From the NCBI RefSeq assembly GCF_001194135.2, contig NC_069000.1:13388301-13452300 (forward strand): 64,000 bases of DNA, written 5' to 3'. Each line of letters opens with the position of its first letter. Positions within the stretch are counted from its first letter, which is position 1. Below are positions 12,939 through 26,400 of this stretch, one piece after another. Below the pieces are notes generated by a model. The model was not told the origin of the DNA. It saw only the letters and a program-made list of their open reading frames with translations, and ran no database searches. The position numbers and the translations under genes are program-made. This stretch comes from Octopus bimaculoides (lineage: Eukaryota).

Positions 12939-13330
12939 AAGGCGGTGAGCTGGCAGAAACGTTACCACGCCGAGGGAAATGCTTCGCGGTATTTCGTCTG
13001 TCTTTATGTTCTGAGTTCAAATTCTGCCGAATTCGACTTTGCCTTTCATCCTTTTGGGGTCGATAAATTAAGTACCAGTTACGCACTGGGTTCAATGTAG
13101 TCGACTTAATCCCTTTGTCTGTCCTTGTTTGTCCCCTCTATGTTTTGCCCCTTGTGGGCAATAAAGAAATAAGAAACGTTACCACACCGAGCGACATGCT
13201 TAGCAGTATTTCGTCTGTCTACGTTCTGAGTTCAAATTCTGCCGAAGTCGACTTTGCCTTTCATCCTTTCGCGGTCGATAAATTAAATACCAGTTGTGTA
13301 CCGGGGTCGATTTAATCGACTGGCCTTGTC
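12939..13330 (+). mobile_element. Two tandem SINE type B copies (full, then 5'-truncated)
   Basis: aaggcggtgagctggcagaaacgtta...ttctgagttcaaattctgccga...gtcgataaattaagtaccagtt repeated; junction at gaaacgttacca (~13176). Confidence 0.9.
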
Positions 13331-13381
13331 ACCACGTTTATTTAAGTCTTGCTTTCCAATGTTAATTGTCATGTCTTCGTC

Positions 13382-13405
13382 CTCTTCTTCTTCTTCTTCT
13401 TCTTC

Positions 13406-13475
<70 letters not shown>
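13382..13475. repeat. (TTC)n(ATT)n microsatellite
   Basis: Directly visible. Confidence 0.97.
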
Positions 13476-14281
13476 TGTTATCGTTATCGCCCCTTTGTTG
13501 TTTCGCCCCATGTCAGCCATCAGCGAACAGATCTATGATCAAAGGCGGACAGTTCGAAAATCTCCCATCAGTGTCCAACGTCTCACGCTATTAGTCATCA
13601 CCAGAGAGTGAAAGCAAGATAAAATTTGCGATGCTATCATTGTGGTCATAACTTAACAAATGAACACTAACTAAATGCATTATTCTACACTCCTCACAGC
13701 AATTAAAGTTATCTATCACTTTCACTAAAGTTATCTATCTCTTTCCTAAAGATTGATTATTACCGACATAGATCATTATCTGTGTCTACGAATTTATGAG
13801 CCGTTCCAGATATAGCTATCCCGTCTATGTTCCATGGAAAGTCTGCTCCGGATAATTTTATCCAATGTATCCATTTTTAGACTGAGCAGTGCAGTTTGGA
13901 ATTGATCTGTTATATTTGTAGAAGGAATGACAGCATATGCACATTTAAATGTATATATATGTGTGCGTGCATACATATGTGTGTATATTTAGAGATAGAT
14001 AGATAGATAGATAGATAGATACATACATACATACATACATACATACATACATACATACATACATACATACATACATACAGAGGAATTTCAACCATGTTTC
14101 GTGGTCTGCTACCACAACAGCTCCTTTATAGGATCCAGTTAGCTCAAGACATCATCAGGAGGAAGCTGAGAGTTTTCATCAAATATTAATAATATTAATA
14201 ATATAACTAATATTAGTAATGTTTGAATTGAGCTTGTTTTACCTTTGGGACAGGTATGTGATTAATATTTTCAATCGATTC

Positions 14282-14500
14282 AAGGTTGAGAGCTGGCAAA
14301 ACTGTTAGCACACCGAGAAGGCAGAATCGAATGCTTTGCGGCATTTTGTCCGTCTTTAGGTTCTGAGCACAAAATCCGCCGAGGACGACTTTACCTTTCA
14401 TCCTTTCGAGATCGATAAAATAAGTACCAATTAAGCACTGGGACCCATGTAAACGACTTGCTTCTTCCCTCGAAACTGCTCACCAAATTTCAAAATTTGA
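14282..14500 (+). mobile_element. SINE type B, diverged
   Basis: gagctggcaaaactgttagcac...tttcatcctttcgagatcgataaaataagtacca. Confidence 0.8.
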
Positions 14501-15304
14501 AACCAATATTCTAAACCAATTCATTGAACATGAAACAAGTTCCATAAACTAGATTGTTTAATTTATTTAAATGAATCAAATGTTGCTTGGAAGAGGATGT
14601 TAGAACGAACGTTTGAAAAAATACCTGGCGTATTTAGCTACAGCCTTTTACGTTCCGAGTTCAGATTTGCTTTTCATATTTCCGGGTTTCGATAAATGAA
14701 GCTGTTATTTAAATACTTAGGTGATTTCATATTTATAAAGAGTCTCACAGAAATGGAAATATAATCGGATGCTAAAACTAATTTCATGATGATATAGCTG
14801 CTAAAATTGTAAGGTTTAAAATAATTATTTTTTTTGGTTAAAGTAGAATGTTAAGAAACAAATAATAGATACCATTACTTGTACCTATTAATTTCAATAA
14901 GTAGGTTTGACTACCTACTTATATGGTATCTACTTATTGCTGTTGATACCACTTTCGAAATTATAAATTAATATCTTATGTTATATACGATTCTGTAACA
15001 ATTTTTAAAACACTAGAGACTTATCAGCGATAGTTTCATATCTGTGTGTCTTTATCGTCTAATTTCTCTGTGACTGTAGAGTTAAGTAAAAAGGAGGCAA
15101 TTTAAATTATGTACAATGTTCTACTGGACATAACATACGAGTTGAATTATATTGATAAGGTAGGTAATATCTTTTACAGTAATGTTTGTCTCTCGAAATG
15201 TTTAACTCGTGTTTCTGAAGACTACTATGTTAACTCTTGAAATCATAACGTGTGTGTGTGTGTGTGTGTTGTGTGTGTGTGTGTGTATGTGTGTTGTGTG
15301 CGTG

Positions 15305-15340
<36 letters not shown>

Positions 15341-15431
15341 TGTGTGTGTGTACGCGAGAGTGAGTGTCTACATACATATAAATATGTATACACACATACA
15401 TATAAATATATATGTGTACATACATAACGAT

Positions 15432-15512
<81 letters not shown>

Positions 15513-15789
15513 GAACGTAGAAAATATAATTGGTATTAATGCTTTCTTCCATAACAATGGCATGAACCGCGTGTACATTATATAAAATATCATATAAAGC
15601 ATTATTACCGATAATGTTTCACAACTAGTATTCTGAGGAAATTCCACAGTTATTCTGAAAATCGTAAGATGTTTAACGTTGGCTGTTGCTGGCCATGTTC
15701 TAAATGAGCAGACGTTGGTTAATTCACTATAGCGCATGCGTTAATTGATGCGTGATACACAGACGCGCGGGCACACACACACACACACA

Positions 15790-15962
15790 GACATATCCGA
15801 TGGGCTTCCACCTTGTTTCCACCTATCAAATTCACTCACAAGGCGTTGGTCGGTCCGAAGCAATAGTAGAAAACACTTGCCTAAGGATCTGTAGAATGGG
15901 ACTGCATCCGAAATTGCGTTGTTGCTAAGCAAGCTTCTTAACCACACAACCGAACCTGCGCC
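15790..15962 (-). mobile_element. SINE type A, 5' half
   Basis: Reverse complement begins ggcgcaggttcggttgtgtggttaagaagcttgct and continues through ccttgtgagtgaatttgataggtggaaac. Confidence 0.8.
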
Positions 15963-16629
15963 TAAAATTAAGTTCCTGCGTGTTTCGAACTCACGATTGC
16001 CAACGCGTCAAGCAAATGCGATAATCACTACACTATGCAACATCACATGAAAGTTTTTCATTTTTGTATTTTTCTCTTTCCTTAATAATTTATCGGATAT
16101 TTCGTGATTGGAATTCTATTGCAATCGCCTCTCACATAACGACATTATCATTGGAGATAACTCTCTCATTTCTATGCAGATTTGATTTCGTCTTGTCCGG
16201 TCTCTTGGAAGACATATCGGTACTGCGAAATGAGGGAGTTCAATTTCCTATGAGTGACAGAGAAACGCAGTGGTGTAAAATAGTACATGAATATGAGGTG
16301 GAAAAAGTTGAAAAAGTGTGATAGCCCTACGTCAAACATGAAATTCTTACGCACAGAACAATTAGCATACACATATACAAACAATACACATTGATACTGA
16401 AATCTGTGAACATTTAAATGTATAAATATGTGTATATGTGTGTGTGTGTGCGTATGTGTGTGTCTGTGCGTATGTGTGTGAACACGAACATATCCTTACA
16501 TATACACTCACATATACATATATATATACATATATANNNNNNNNNNNNNNNNNNNNNNNNNNNNNNNNNNNNNNNNNNNNNNNNNNNNNNNNNNNNNNNN
16601 NNNNNNNNNNNNNNNNATATATATATACT

Positions 16630-16770
16630 GGCACATGCAAATTATTAATAGACGCTCAGGGAAGGAAAGGTTATTTTATGTTTCGAGCAATGCTCTTCTT
16701 CAGAAAGAGGAGACAGAGGAAAGTCCAAGAGAAAGGAAAACGGAGGGAAAAAATCGCCAACAATATAGTT
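16630..16770 (-). mobile_element. Short Penelope-type terminal element with hammerhead-like motif, copy 2
   Basis: Minus strand TCTTT-CTGAAGA-A-GAGC-ATT-GCTC-GAAA-C-ATA-AAATA; flanks align with 36935-37050; ends in (TA)n and a gap. Confidence 0.72.
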
Positions 16771-18194
16771 TCAATACGTTAGAATTCTATTTTGTTGGTC
16801 AGGTCTACATCAGGTCTACATGAGCTGTTGAGTAAATGACTGTATATGATCAAAAGACATTGAATAGTGTCAAAAAACGTGCCAGCCATGTGAATCACTA
16901 GCGAAGCAATTTTAATGTGGTACCACTTTTGTTTTATCCTGTGGGATCTGGATTCGGCACACACTCTAGCTACGCTAGTGAAAAGAATCCTAGTGTTTCA
17001 TTCATAAACAATCTTAAGGCGGCACTATCCAGTTTTTCTTCCATTATGAAAGATAAATAGCGTGTAACATGAGGGAGACTTGGCTGCTACATCGCACTAA
17101 ATGAGTATTTGTTTATAACATCGAAAGCTGGTCAGTGTATTTATTCTCCCTTAACGATGGAAATTATGTTCTCGTGAATCGATGCAAGAAACAATAATGC
17201 ACTTACATTAAATGACTACCTTAGTTTAGATGACTACCTTAGTACTTAGTTTCACTCAACTATGTCTTACGTCCAAATCCTACTGCTGTTGAATCCTGTT
17301 TCGTCCTTCCAGCTGAGTACTATTCATGTATAGTCGTAGATTCAAATGGTTATAATCTCTTTACCCATCGAATAAAAACTTGAAAACTAATTACTATATG
17401 TCAGTTAAATTTATCGACATTTTAGTTTCATTTTCATTTTCTTGAGTGCGTGTGTGTTTTCCTTTTATTATTATGTTTTGTTATTGATAATTAAAATTAC
17501 TATTTTTAATTAAAGAATATACTTTCTTATTACAAAGGTCACTATTCAGAAAAAAAAAAGATAATGTTTACTAACGATTTTTTTAAAATTTAATTTTCAG
17601 GAAAATTAAATTTAATCTTGTCGAAATTTGAAAGATTTATGTAGTGTGACACCGACTGTACGCAAGAAAATTATTAGTGCATACAAACAAAGTCTGGGTG
17701 ACTGATTAGTAAATGTACCAGAAACTATAGTTAATTATAGCAGCTAATCATGTCAACTTTATATTCGTTCTATGAAATAAAACTAATTTTTAACTTTCTA
17801 AAATGCTCACAACTTCCTTTATCATCATAGAACTAAAAGTTTCCAATTCTTAATTAAAGTCCATACAACCTTTGTAATATTAAAGAACTAGACACGGTTC
17901 TTTTAAGTTATAAATATACTGGGAATTTCGAAGTCAACTAGAAGTAATATACATAGTATAGAACGTTTTCCTATAGTGTCACAATGCTTGCATGAGATTA
18001 AATTTGGATTTATTTCTTGTTCATGTTTAACTCGTGTTTAAAATATCTCATTGTATACGGCGAAAATAATATCGTCCATTCACGGCAAAAAAAAAGGAGG
18101 TGAAAGCATTGCCTTTTCCTATTCTCCTGCGCCCATTATTATCCCTGTGTATATCGTGATAGATTTTACTTCATTTTTGTTTCCTATCATGTAT

Positions 18195-18242
18195 GTGTGT
18201 GTGTTTGTGTGTGTGTCTTTGTGTGTGTGTCTTTGTGTGTGC

Positions 18243-18313
<71 letters not shown>

Positions 18314-18404
18314 TATACATATACATGTACATATACATATGTGTATAGATAGATAGAGAGAGTGAGAGAAATAAAGAGAGCGGGAGATAGATAGACAGAC
18401 AGAC

Positions 18405-18481
<77 letters not shown>

Positions 18482-18482
18482 T
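18195..18482. repeat. Compound microsatellite (TG)n(TA)n(GATA)n
   Basis: Directly visible. Confidence 0.97.
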
Positions 18483-19573
18483 TACCTTTATATTTATATC
18501 ATATAACCTCCTCTAGCCAAATAAACCTAGTTTAAATTAGCACTAATCAAAAATGTTAGATGTATTCCTTTGATAGTGTTCCAGAAAATGAGTGAATGAC
18601 GCGTGTTCTGATATTGTAGCAGGGACAAAAGGCCTATAATAAAGTATAAGTTACTATTTCTACAGACGGACTCACACGGGCAACAGCTAGATTCTTACAT
18701 CGATATAATTAACTTAGTTTCTTATCTATAGAATTCCAATCATTGAGCAGTTAGAGTGCCATGACATATTTATAGCAACAGTAATTGGCAGAAAGAAATA
18801 TATTAACTTGCTTTATGTCGCAGATTCATCCAGTGGTGCTAAATGCGAATCTTTAATTTCAGCTTGAAAAATTGCAATTAATCGTGATATATTTTTGAAA
18901 TTAATAGAATAACGAATAGTGGGTGAGAAGCGAAAGAAAAGCTATCCCCGGGAGGTAAAAGAAATGTGCTTTCTCTGATCTAAACTAAGATATATTCTTC
19001 TCCCTTGATGAGCCTTAACGCAATTGCAAGCCTTAAACTGAAGTAAATTAGGATGGAATCAGAGCCGCTATAAACGACACTGTTTGTAGTTATCTTTGAA
19101 GACCACATCAGAAAAATAACATTCTTTTCATGACCATATTTTCATGCCAAAATATAATCAAATAACTATATAAACATAATAATTTCTTTCTTCATTTAGA
19201 TCAAAGCGGATATTTAAAAGGTAGCTGAATGCCTTGGAAATTCCGTACTTCGCATTGCATTTCTTGTGATTACAAGCAGTATTATTAACATGCAGTATCT
19301 CATTACAAACAAACGGTGTTTATATGTTTATTTTCACCAAGAAGGTCTGGAAAGAAAGAAGAATTTAAAACCTACCTCGCTTAATAGTCATTCAAAATCG
19401 AATTTCTTTGATTGAGAAATCTATGCTAATAAAATGTTTATTAGACTTTTATATACCCAAACAGATAGGACCAAACAGAAGGTATATACCAAGTATTATA
19501 TTCAAGGGCGCAAAATTAAAACGTTGTCTTTTCAATTTATGTTCCTTTCAAGGGTCATATTGCAATATATAAG

Positions 19574-19604
<31 letters not shown>

Positions 19605-20247
19605 GCATGTATATTCATATATGCTTATATGTGTATATATATATANNNNNNNNNNNNNNNNNNNNNNNNNNNNNNNNNNNNNNNNNNNNNNNNNNNNNNN
19701 NNNNNNNNNNNNNNNNNNNNNNNNNNNNNNNNNNAGAAAAATGTTACAAAAATAAACTATACGTGGAAATGTAAGGGGAAAGTAAAAAGAAAAATAAGCG
19801 AAAATGGACATTGGAAATCCAAAAAAGTAAATAAAGGCTTTTTATGAAAAGTAACGATAGATATATACAATTAGATGAACTGAGATAGGAATAAAAGTAA
19901 TAAAAGTCATTACTGTGAATTGTTAAAGAGATTCAAAGGCATACTGGTTTCGTAAAATTACCGATTACTGCTTTAAATGCGCACCGATTACCGAACAGTG
20001 TCGGGTATACTAGCTCCTGAGTAAAAAGAAAATGTGTAAGGAAGGTACACATAAATACTTCAATAACTTAATTTGCCATTACTATCATTATATTCAAGAA
20101 TAACTAAATTAGCTATTTAAATTAACTGTATTGTATAATTGCCATTACTGTATTTATACAATAACACATACAGCTCAATTACTAATACAATTCATTTATT
20201 ACTTTGAATGTGGCTCCTGAGAAACAGTAAAAGTAATTACCCGATCA

Positions 20248-20421
20248 ACAACGGGTACTACTATATATATATAGCCTCGGGTCGACCAAAGCGCCTAGTG
20301 ACGGTAGACGGAAACAGAAAGAAGTCCATAAGACACCTGCTCCAGATGACACGCAGTGGGACTGAAACCGGAACCATGTTGTTGGGAAGCAAGCTTCTTA
20401 CCACACAGCCACACCTACGCC
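20248..20421 (-). mobile_element. SINE type A with an internal inversion
   Basis: Head at 20331-20421 on minus; segment 20256-20330 in plus orientation; consensus resumes on minus as cccgttgt. Confidence 0.75.
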
Positions 20422-20679
20422 TATATGTATGTATATGTATGTATTATGTGTGTGTGCGTGTGTGTGTATGAGGGGTAACAAGAACTGAGAAAGAAGAACC
20501 TCACGTATTTTATACATTTCACTTATATATGTGTGTGTGTATCTATGCGATCGCGTGTGTGCATGCATGTATGCATGTATGTATGTATGTATGCATGTAT
20601 GTATGTATGTATGCATGTATGTATGTATGTATGTATGTATGTATGCATGCATGTATGTATGTACAGATATATAGTCATA

Positions 20680-20714
<35 letters not shown>

Positions 20715-21009
20715 GTATGTATGAATNNNNNNNNNNNNNNNNNNNNNNNNNNNNNNNNNNNNNNNNNNNNNNNNNNNNNNNNNNNNNNNNNNNNNNNNNN
20801 NNNNNNNNNNNNNNNNNNNNNNNNNNNNNNNNNNNNNNNNNNNNNNNNNNNNNNNNNNNNNNNNNNNNNNNNNNNNNNNNNNNNNNNNNNNNNNNNNNNN
20901 NNNNNNNNNNNNNNNNNNNNNNNNNNNNNNNNNNNNNNNNNNNNNNNNNNNNNNNNNNNNNNNNNNNNNNNNNNNNNNNNNNNNNNNNNNNNNNNNNNNN
21001 NNNNNNNNN

Positions 21010-21064
<55 letters not shown>

Positions 21065-21589
21065 CGTGAGTTTGTGTCTAAAGTAAAATTATACGGATTT
21101 TCAAAATCTTCCCGGTGAAAAATTGCATTAAAGTGTTTCTATAAAAAGTTGAGCTCACAAATTCTCTGAGTTTTTAACATGTAAGAACTATTGGGTTGGT
21201 AATATATCTTAGCGGAAGAATTTTTTTTTATATATTTTCACAACAAAAGGCTGACGTAATAGATTTTCGTCTAATATTTATCACTTTTAGAAATGTTTTA
21301 TTAATATCTGTTCGGGTATCATACCATTCATCAATAGGATTTTTTTCTCTTTAAACATATTCCATGTCTTTTATAACTTGTACATCCATTGATACATATA
21401 CAGAGGCACGCACACACGCAACACACATACATACACACATACATATGCACATACACATACACACATACACATACAGACTTAACATATCGATGTCGCATGT
21501 ATATATGTATGTATGTGAGTTTTACGGTTTATGTTTGTATGTTTTAGAATTTTACATATCAAAATAACATCAACAACAACAATAATAAT

Positions 21590-21803
21590 GGTTTCAAATT
21601 TTTCTACAAGGGCAGCGATTTTGGAGGCAGGAGATAAGTCGATTACATCGACCCCAGGGTGCCACAGGTATTTAGTTTATCGACCGCGAAAGGATGAAAC
21701 GTAAGTCAACCTCGGCGGAATTCGAACTCAGAACGTTGCGGCAGACGAAGTACCGCTAAGCATTTCGCCCGGCGTGCTAACGATTCTGCCAGCTCACCGC
21801 CTT
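21590..21803 (-). mobile_element. SINE type B
   Basis: Reverse complement aaggcggtgagctggcagaatcgttagcacgccgggcgaaatgcttagcggtac...gtcgatgtaatcgactta. Confidence 0.9.
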
Positions 21804-21804
21804 T

Positions 21805-21972
21805 TAATCCCTGGATGGGATGCCAGTCTGTCACAGGATTGATGACTCATTTTTGCCAGGTCAGTGAACTGGAGCAACGTGAAATGGAGTTTTTTGGCTC
21901 AATAATACAACGCCTCACCCGGTCCAGGAATCGAAACCACAATCTTACGATCATGAGTCCAACACCACTAGT
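21805..21972 (-). mobile_element. SINE type C, 5' part
   Basis: Reverse complement gactcatgatcgtaagattgtggtttcgattcctggaccggg...ttgctccagttcactgacctggcaaaaatgagtc. Confidence 0.8.
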
Positions 21973-22098
21973 CACTTCTCACTTAAAGATTATTACAAAC
22001 CTGAACTTGTAATCTAGGTAGAGTAATAGTTCAGCCTATGTATTTTCTTTTTCGCTTATTTTTATTTTTTCTATCAACATCTTCCGGGCAGCTGATTT

Positions 22099-22290
22099 CT
22101 AGTTACGCACTGCGGACGATCTAATCGCCTCATTCCTTTCCCCAAAATTGTTGACCTTTTAACAAAATTTGAAAACATTATTATTATTCGGGGTCGATAA
22201 ATTAAATACTAGTTACGCACTGGGGACGATCTAATCGCCTCATTCCTTTCCCCAAAATTGTTGACCTTTTAACAAAATTTGAAAACGTTA
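22099..22290 (+). mobile_element. Two tandem 5'-truncated SINE type B 3' ends, near-identical to 24582-24690
   Basis: Each differs by one base from the 24.6 kb copy; both end in ATT tails. Confidence 0.9.
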
Positions 22291-22299
22291 TTATTATTA

Positions 22300-22366
<67 letters not shown>

Positions 22367-22619
22367 GTATGTATGTCATTCGTTTTATTTCAAGATTTCT
22401 TGCCAATAGAGAAAGAGACTGTTTCAAATCTAGATCCAAGTCTCCTCCGTTGGAATTTCAACATCAACGACAGGCTATTTTATATGCATGCATGTATGTA
22501 TGCATGTATGTATGCATGTATGCATGTATGTATGTATGTATGTATGTATACGTGTAGATTTGTATGTTTTGTTTTACGTATGTCTTCTCATGCATATACT
22601 TGCGTATCTAGACATGCTC

Positions 22620-22750
22620 ATATATACTTAATTGATAAACTCCTGGAAAGTTTTACAGATTTTCACAGTTCCAGTGATGGCTTGGAACTGTAGTCTTCCA
22701 ATCAGCTTTCTCCTGGTTTTGAGAAGCCTAATTTCTCAATATTGGTATTT
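22620..22750 (-). mobile_element. Possible 3' end of an RLE-type non-LTR element
   Basis: Minus frame LLKTRRKLIGRLQFQAITGTVKICKTFQEFIN* resembles the LQxxAxxGTxxI C-terminus of R4/Dong-like ORFs. Confidence 0.35.
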
Positions 22751-23299
22751 AGGCAGTGTGTTACATAACGCAGTGCTCCAATACATATGTATATATGCAT
22801 GTATGTATGTACTTATGTATGTATGTACTTATGTATGTATGTATGTATGTACGAATGTATGTATGCAGCTATGCTCTTGTGTTTCGTGTGTGTGCGTTTA
22901 CTACAGCAATTTTGTTATTCTGATTATTATTGATATATTTATCTGTCAACGACATTATTGGCGGAAGCCAAATGTCAGCTCCTAGACTGCTAACTTTATT
23001 GAATCATGCATGAATATCACGTACCCTTCAGAAAAACACTTTAAGGAATTGTATTGTGTATTAAATTTATAAAATAAGTTATCTATATTAGTGATAAAAC
23101 AGACTGAAATATCAGTTGTAGACTTAACATATCGATGAATTTACGAAACATTCTAATGGCAAGTCCTGACATCTATTAGTATTTTTGTTCAAGCAAAATT
23201 CGCTAGATGTATAAGGAAAGTGAAACTGACTTCGATGACTTCGGTGACTTTATAATGAATATTTGTAGCGAAAATGAAATTAAGAGAACTGAAACAGAG

Positions 23300-24310
23300 T
23301 TGTAGAATCACTTAGATCAGTTGTTCGCTGTCTTAGGAGCATTGTGATCTATAAGGAGAGGGCAGATATCGAGGCAGCCCAATGGAGGCATGAAGAGATT
23401 CGGTTTATGTTTCTTCTTTACAAATTCAAATGAAGTTAGGAAGAAAAAAATATATTTACATGGGAAGTTATGGTTTCCCAAGTGATAATGCTCTTTCCAA
23501 CACGTATGAAGCACCAGTTGAAACAATGCTTTGCAATTCTTGCTGGGATGGTCAGCTCGAGATCATTCTCAAATAATTTTCAGTTCCTTTTTTGATCATT
23601 CCAAGTGCCCCTACAATCATTGATATTGTAACCGTCTTCTGATGTCGTATTCCTTTGATTCCAATGAGCAAATCTAGATATTCTCTGAACTTGTCAAATT
23701 CTTTCGCCGAAATATAATGATCACAAGAGATACTAATGTCGATCAGTGCACAGACATTATTATTTTGGTGTGCTTTGCAACAATACTCGGTTTATTAGCT
23801 TTGATGGTTCTGTATGTATATACTGAAAAGTCCCTAAGAATCATTGCATTTTCTCCCTCAGTTACAACCGTAGAGTGATGCTTATTCTACTTGTCAACAG
23901 ATTTAATCTTATAACCAGTGTAGATATTGACGAACTCTGTCACGTCTTGACTAATACTCTCTACTGGTGCAAAAACTTTACTCTGCTTTCCGCTGTGGTC
24001 CACTGTTTCAATCTCTTTATTGCAGATTCGGAACTTTGGATCTATTCCATTTTTCATTACATTGATAATTCTGGGTAAATAAGATTTGATGTTGAACAGC
24101 AAAGATGAAGCCTTCGTTCTCTGCCTTTAGCTCTGAGATTGACTTCTGGTTAATATTTGTTTGCTACGGGCCACATCTTTGTCGTGCAGAGACTTCTGCT
24201 CCCACGTACCAGCCAATTGTTCCTGCGCATTTTTCTTTGCCATTAATTTTACTTTCTATGCAAGAACAGTTGCTGCGCTTCCCTCAGGTTGTTCAGCTTA
24301 GGTAACATTC
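23300..24310 (-). mobile_element. R4/Dong-like non-LTR retrotransposon, decayed 3' ~1 kb (zinc-knuckle and RLE region)
   Basis: Broken frames: ELKAENEGFIFAVQ; GIDPKFRICNKEIETVDH (decayed CCHC); RTIKANKPSIV...LIDISISCD...KEFDKF...MIVGALGMIKK...ELQSIVSTGASYVLERALSL. Confidence 0.85.
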
Positions 24311-24511
24311 ATCAAAATGAATGTCAAATTTTATAAAACAAAAGAGATCATTATTATTCATTTATTCACTTAACTTCTCATTCATTTATATCACGTCTCA
24401 GCTTCATCCTGCAGCTTAGAGGCACAGCACATGAGCAGTTCTAAGTATTGCTACCAACTGAATACTTCCTATGAAGTTTAGTATTTCAAGCTTTTGATAC
24501 GAGAATAATGC

Positions 24512-24694
24512 TTAGCGGTAGTTTGCCCGTCACCACGTTCTGAGTTCAAATTCCGCCGAGGTCGACTTTGCTTTTCTTCCCTTCGGGGTCGATAAATTAA
24601 ATACTAGTTACGCACTGGGGACGATCTAATCGCCTCATTCCTTTCCCCAAAATTGTTGACCTTTTAACAAAATTTGAAAACATTATTATTATTA

Positions 24695-24756
<62 letters not shown>
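24512..24756 (+). mobile_element. SINE type B with (ATT)n tail
   Basis: atgcttagcggta...gagttcaaattccgccgaggtcgactttg...aaatttgaaaacattattatt. Confidence 0.9.
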
Positions 24757-25470
<714 letters not shown>

Positions 25471-26068
25471 CATTATTATTAACATTATCATAATCATTAT
25501 CATTATTATCATTATTATTCGCATATCATGGCTTACTGTTCTGATCTAACATTCTACGAAGTATTCATAGCTTTTCATCCCTCTCTGGTCGATAAAACGA
25601 GCACAAGCAACTTGCAGTTTATATCTTTTACGCCAAGAAAATTAGTTAGGTGACAAGAGGGTAAAAAACAAAAATCGCTCGTTTCTGTGAATAATTCCAC
25701 ATATTTCAAAGACGACTAATGCAATAATGAGGCTGATAAAAAAAAAAGACAAAAAAGACAAAGAATAGATAAACGTAAAGAGTATTTAATGGGAGACTTT
25801 CTGTCAAAGTCTGGAATTTTCTAACTCGTACATTGTCATTTGAGCAAAAGTAAAACATAAGTCTTATTTAATAACGAATCTTCTGTTCACTTATTTTTGT
25901 CTACGATTACAAGCAATTATCCTTTCATTGAATAATCTCATTAAAAACTGGATTAACTTCATTATTGTCAATCTCCGTGTGAAATTCACAACGTCAGTAA
26001 TGGTGACTATCGACATGACCTCTATTTATTATCATTAAAATATTGTTGTTGTTGTTCTGATTCTTCGG

Positions 26069-26151
<83 letters not shown>

Positions 26152-26156
26152 CATTA

Positions 26157-26400
26157 AGGCGGCGTGCTGGTAGAATCGTCAGCACTCCGGGCGAAAGGCT
26201 TAGCAAGCATTTCGTCCGTCTTTATGTTCTGAGTTCAAATTCCGCCGAGATTGATTTCATCTTTCATCCTCTCGGAGTTGATAAAATAAGTACCAGTCGA
26301 GTACTGTGAAGGATGTAATCGACTATCCCCACCACCACAAAATTTCAGGCCTTGTGCTTTTAATAGAAAGGATTATCATTATTAAGGCGGCGAGCTGGCA
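26157..26400 (+). mobile_element. SINE type B plus the head of a second copy
   Basis: aaggcggcgtgctggtagaatcg...aaaggattatcattattaaggcggcgagctggca. Confidence 0.9.

Noticed and set aside
13794-13908. Minus frame DQFQTALLSLKMDTLDKIIRSRLSMEHRRDSYIWNGS*
   Set aside because: Stop codon before any usable donor; no homology.
14095-14170. Minus-strand CTGATGA...GAAACATG, possible further hammerhead
   Set aside because: The closing pair of helix II and helix I are not satisfied; at best a heavily decayed relic.
16050-16321. Exon-like frames on both strands (FDFVLSGLLEDISVLRNEG... and EIELPHFAVPICLP...)
   Set aside because: Strong acceptors on both strands give mutually competing readings with no recognisable domain.
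19992-20016. 25-nt minus micro-exon candidate ELVYPTLF
   Set aside because: Good splice signals, but too short to distinguish from a pseudo-exon without RNA data.
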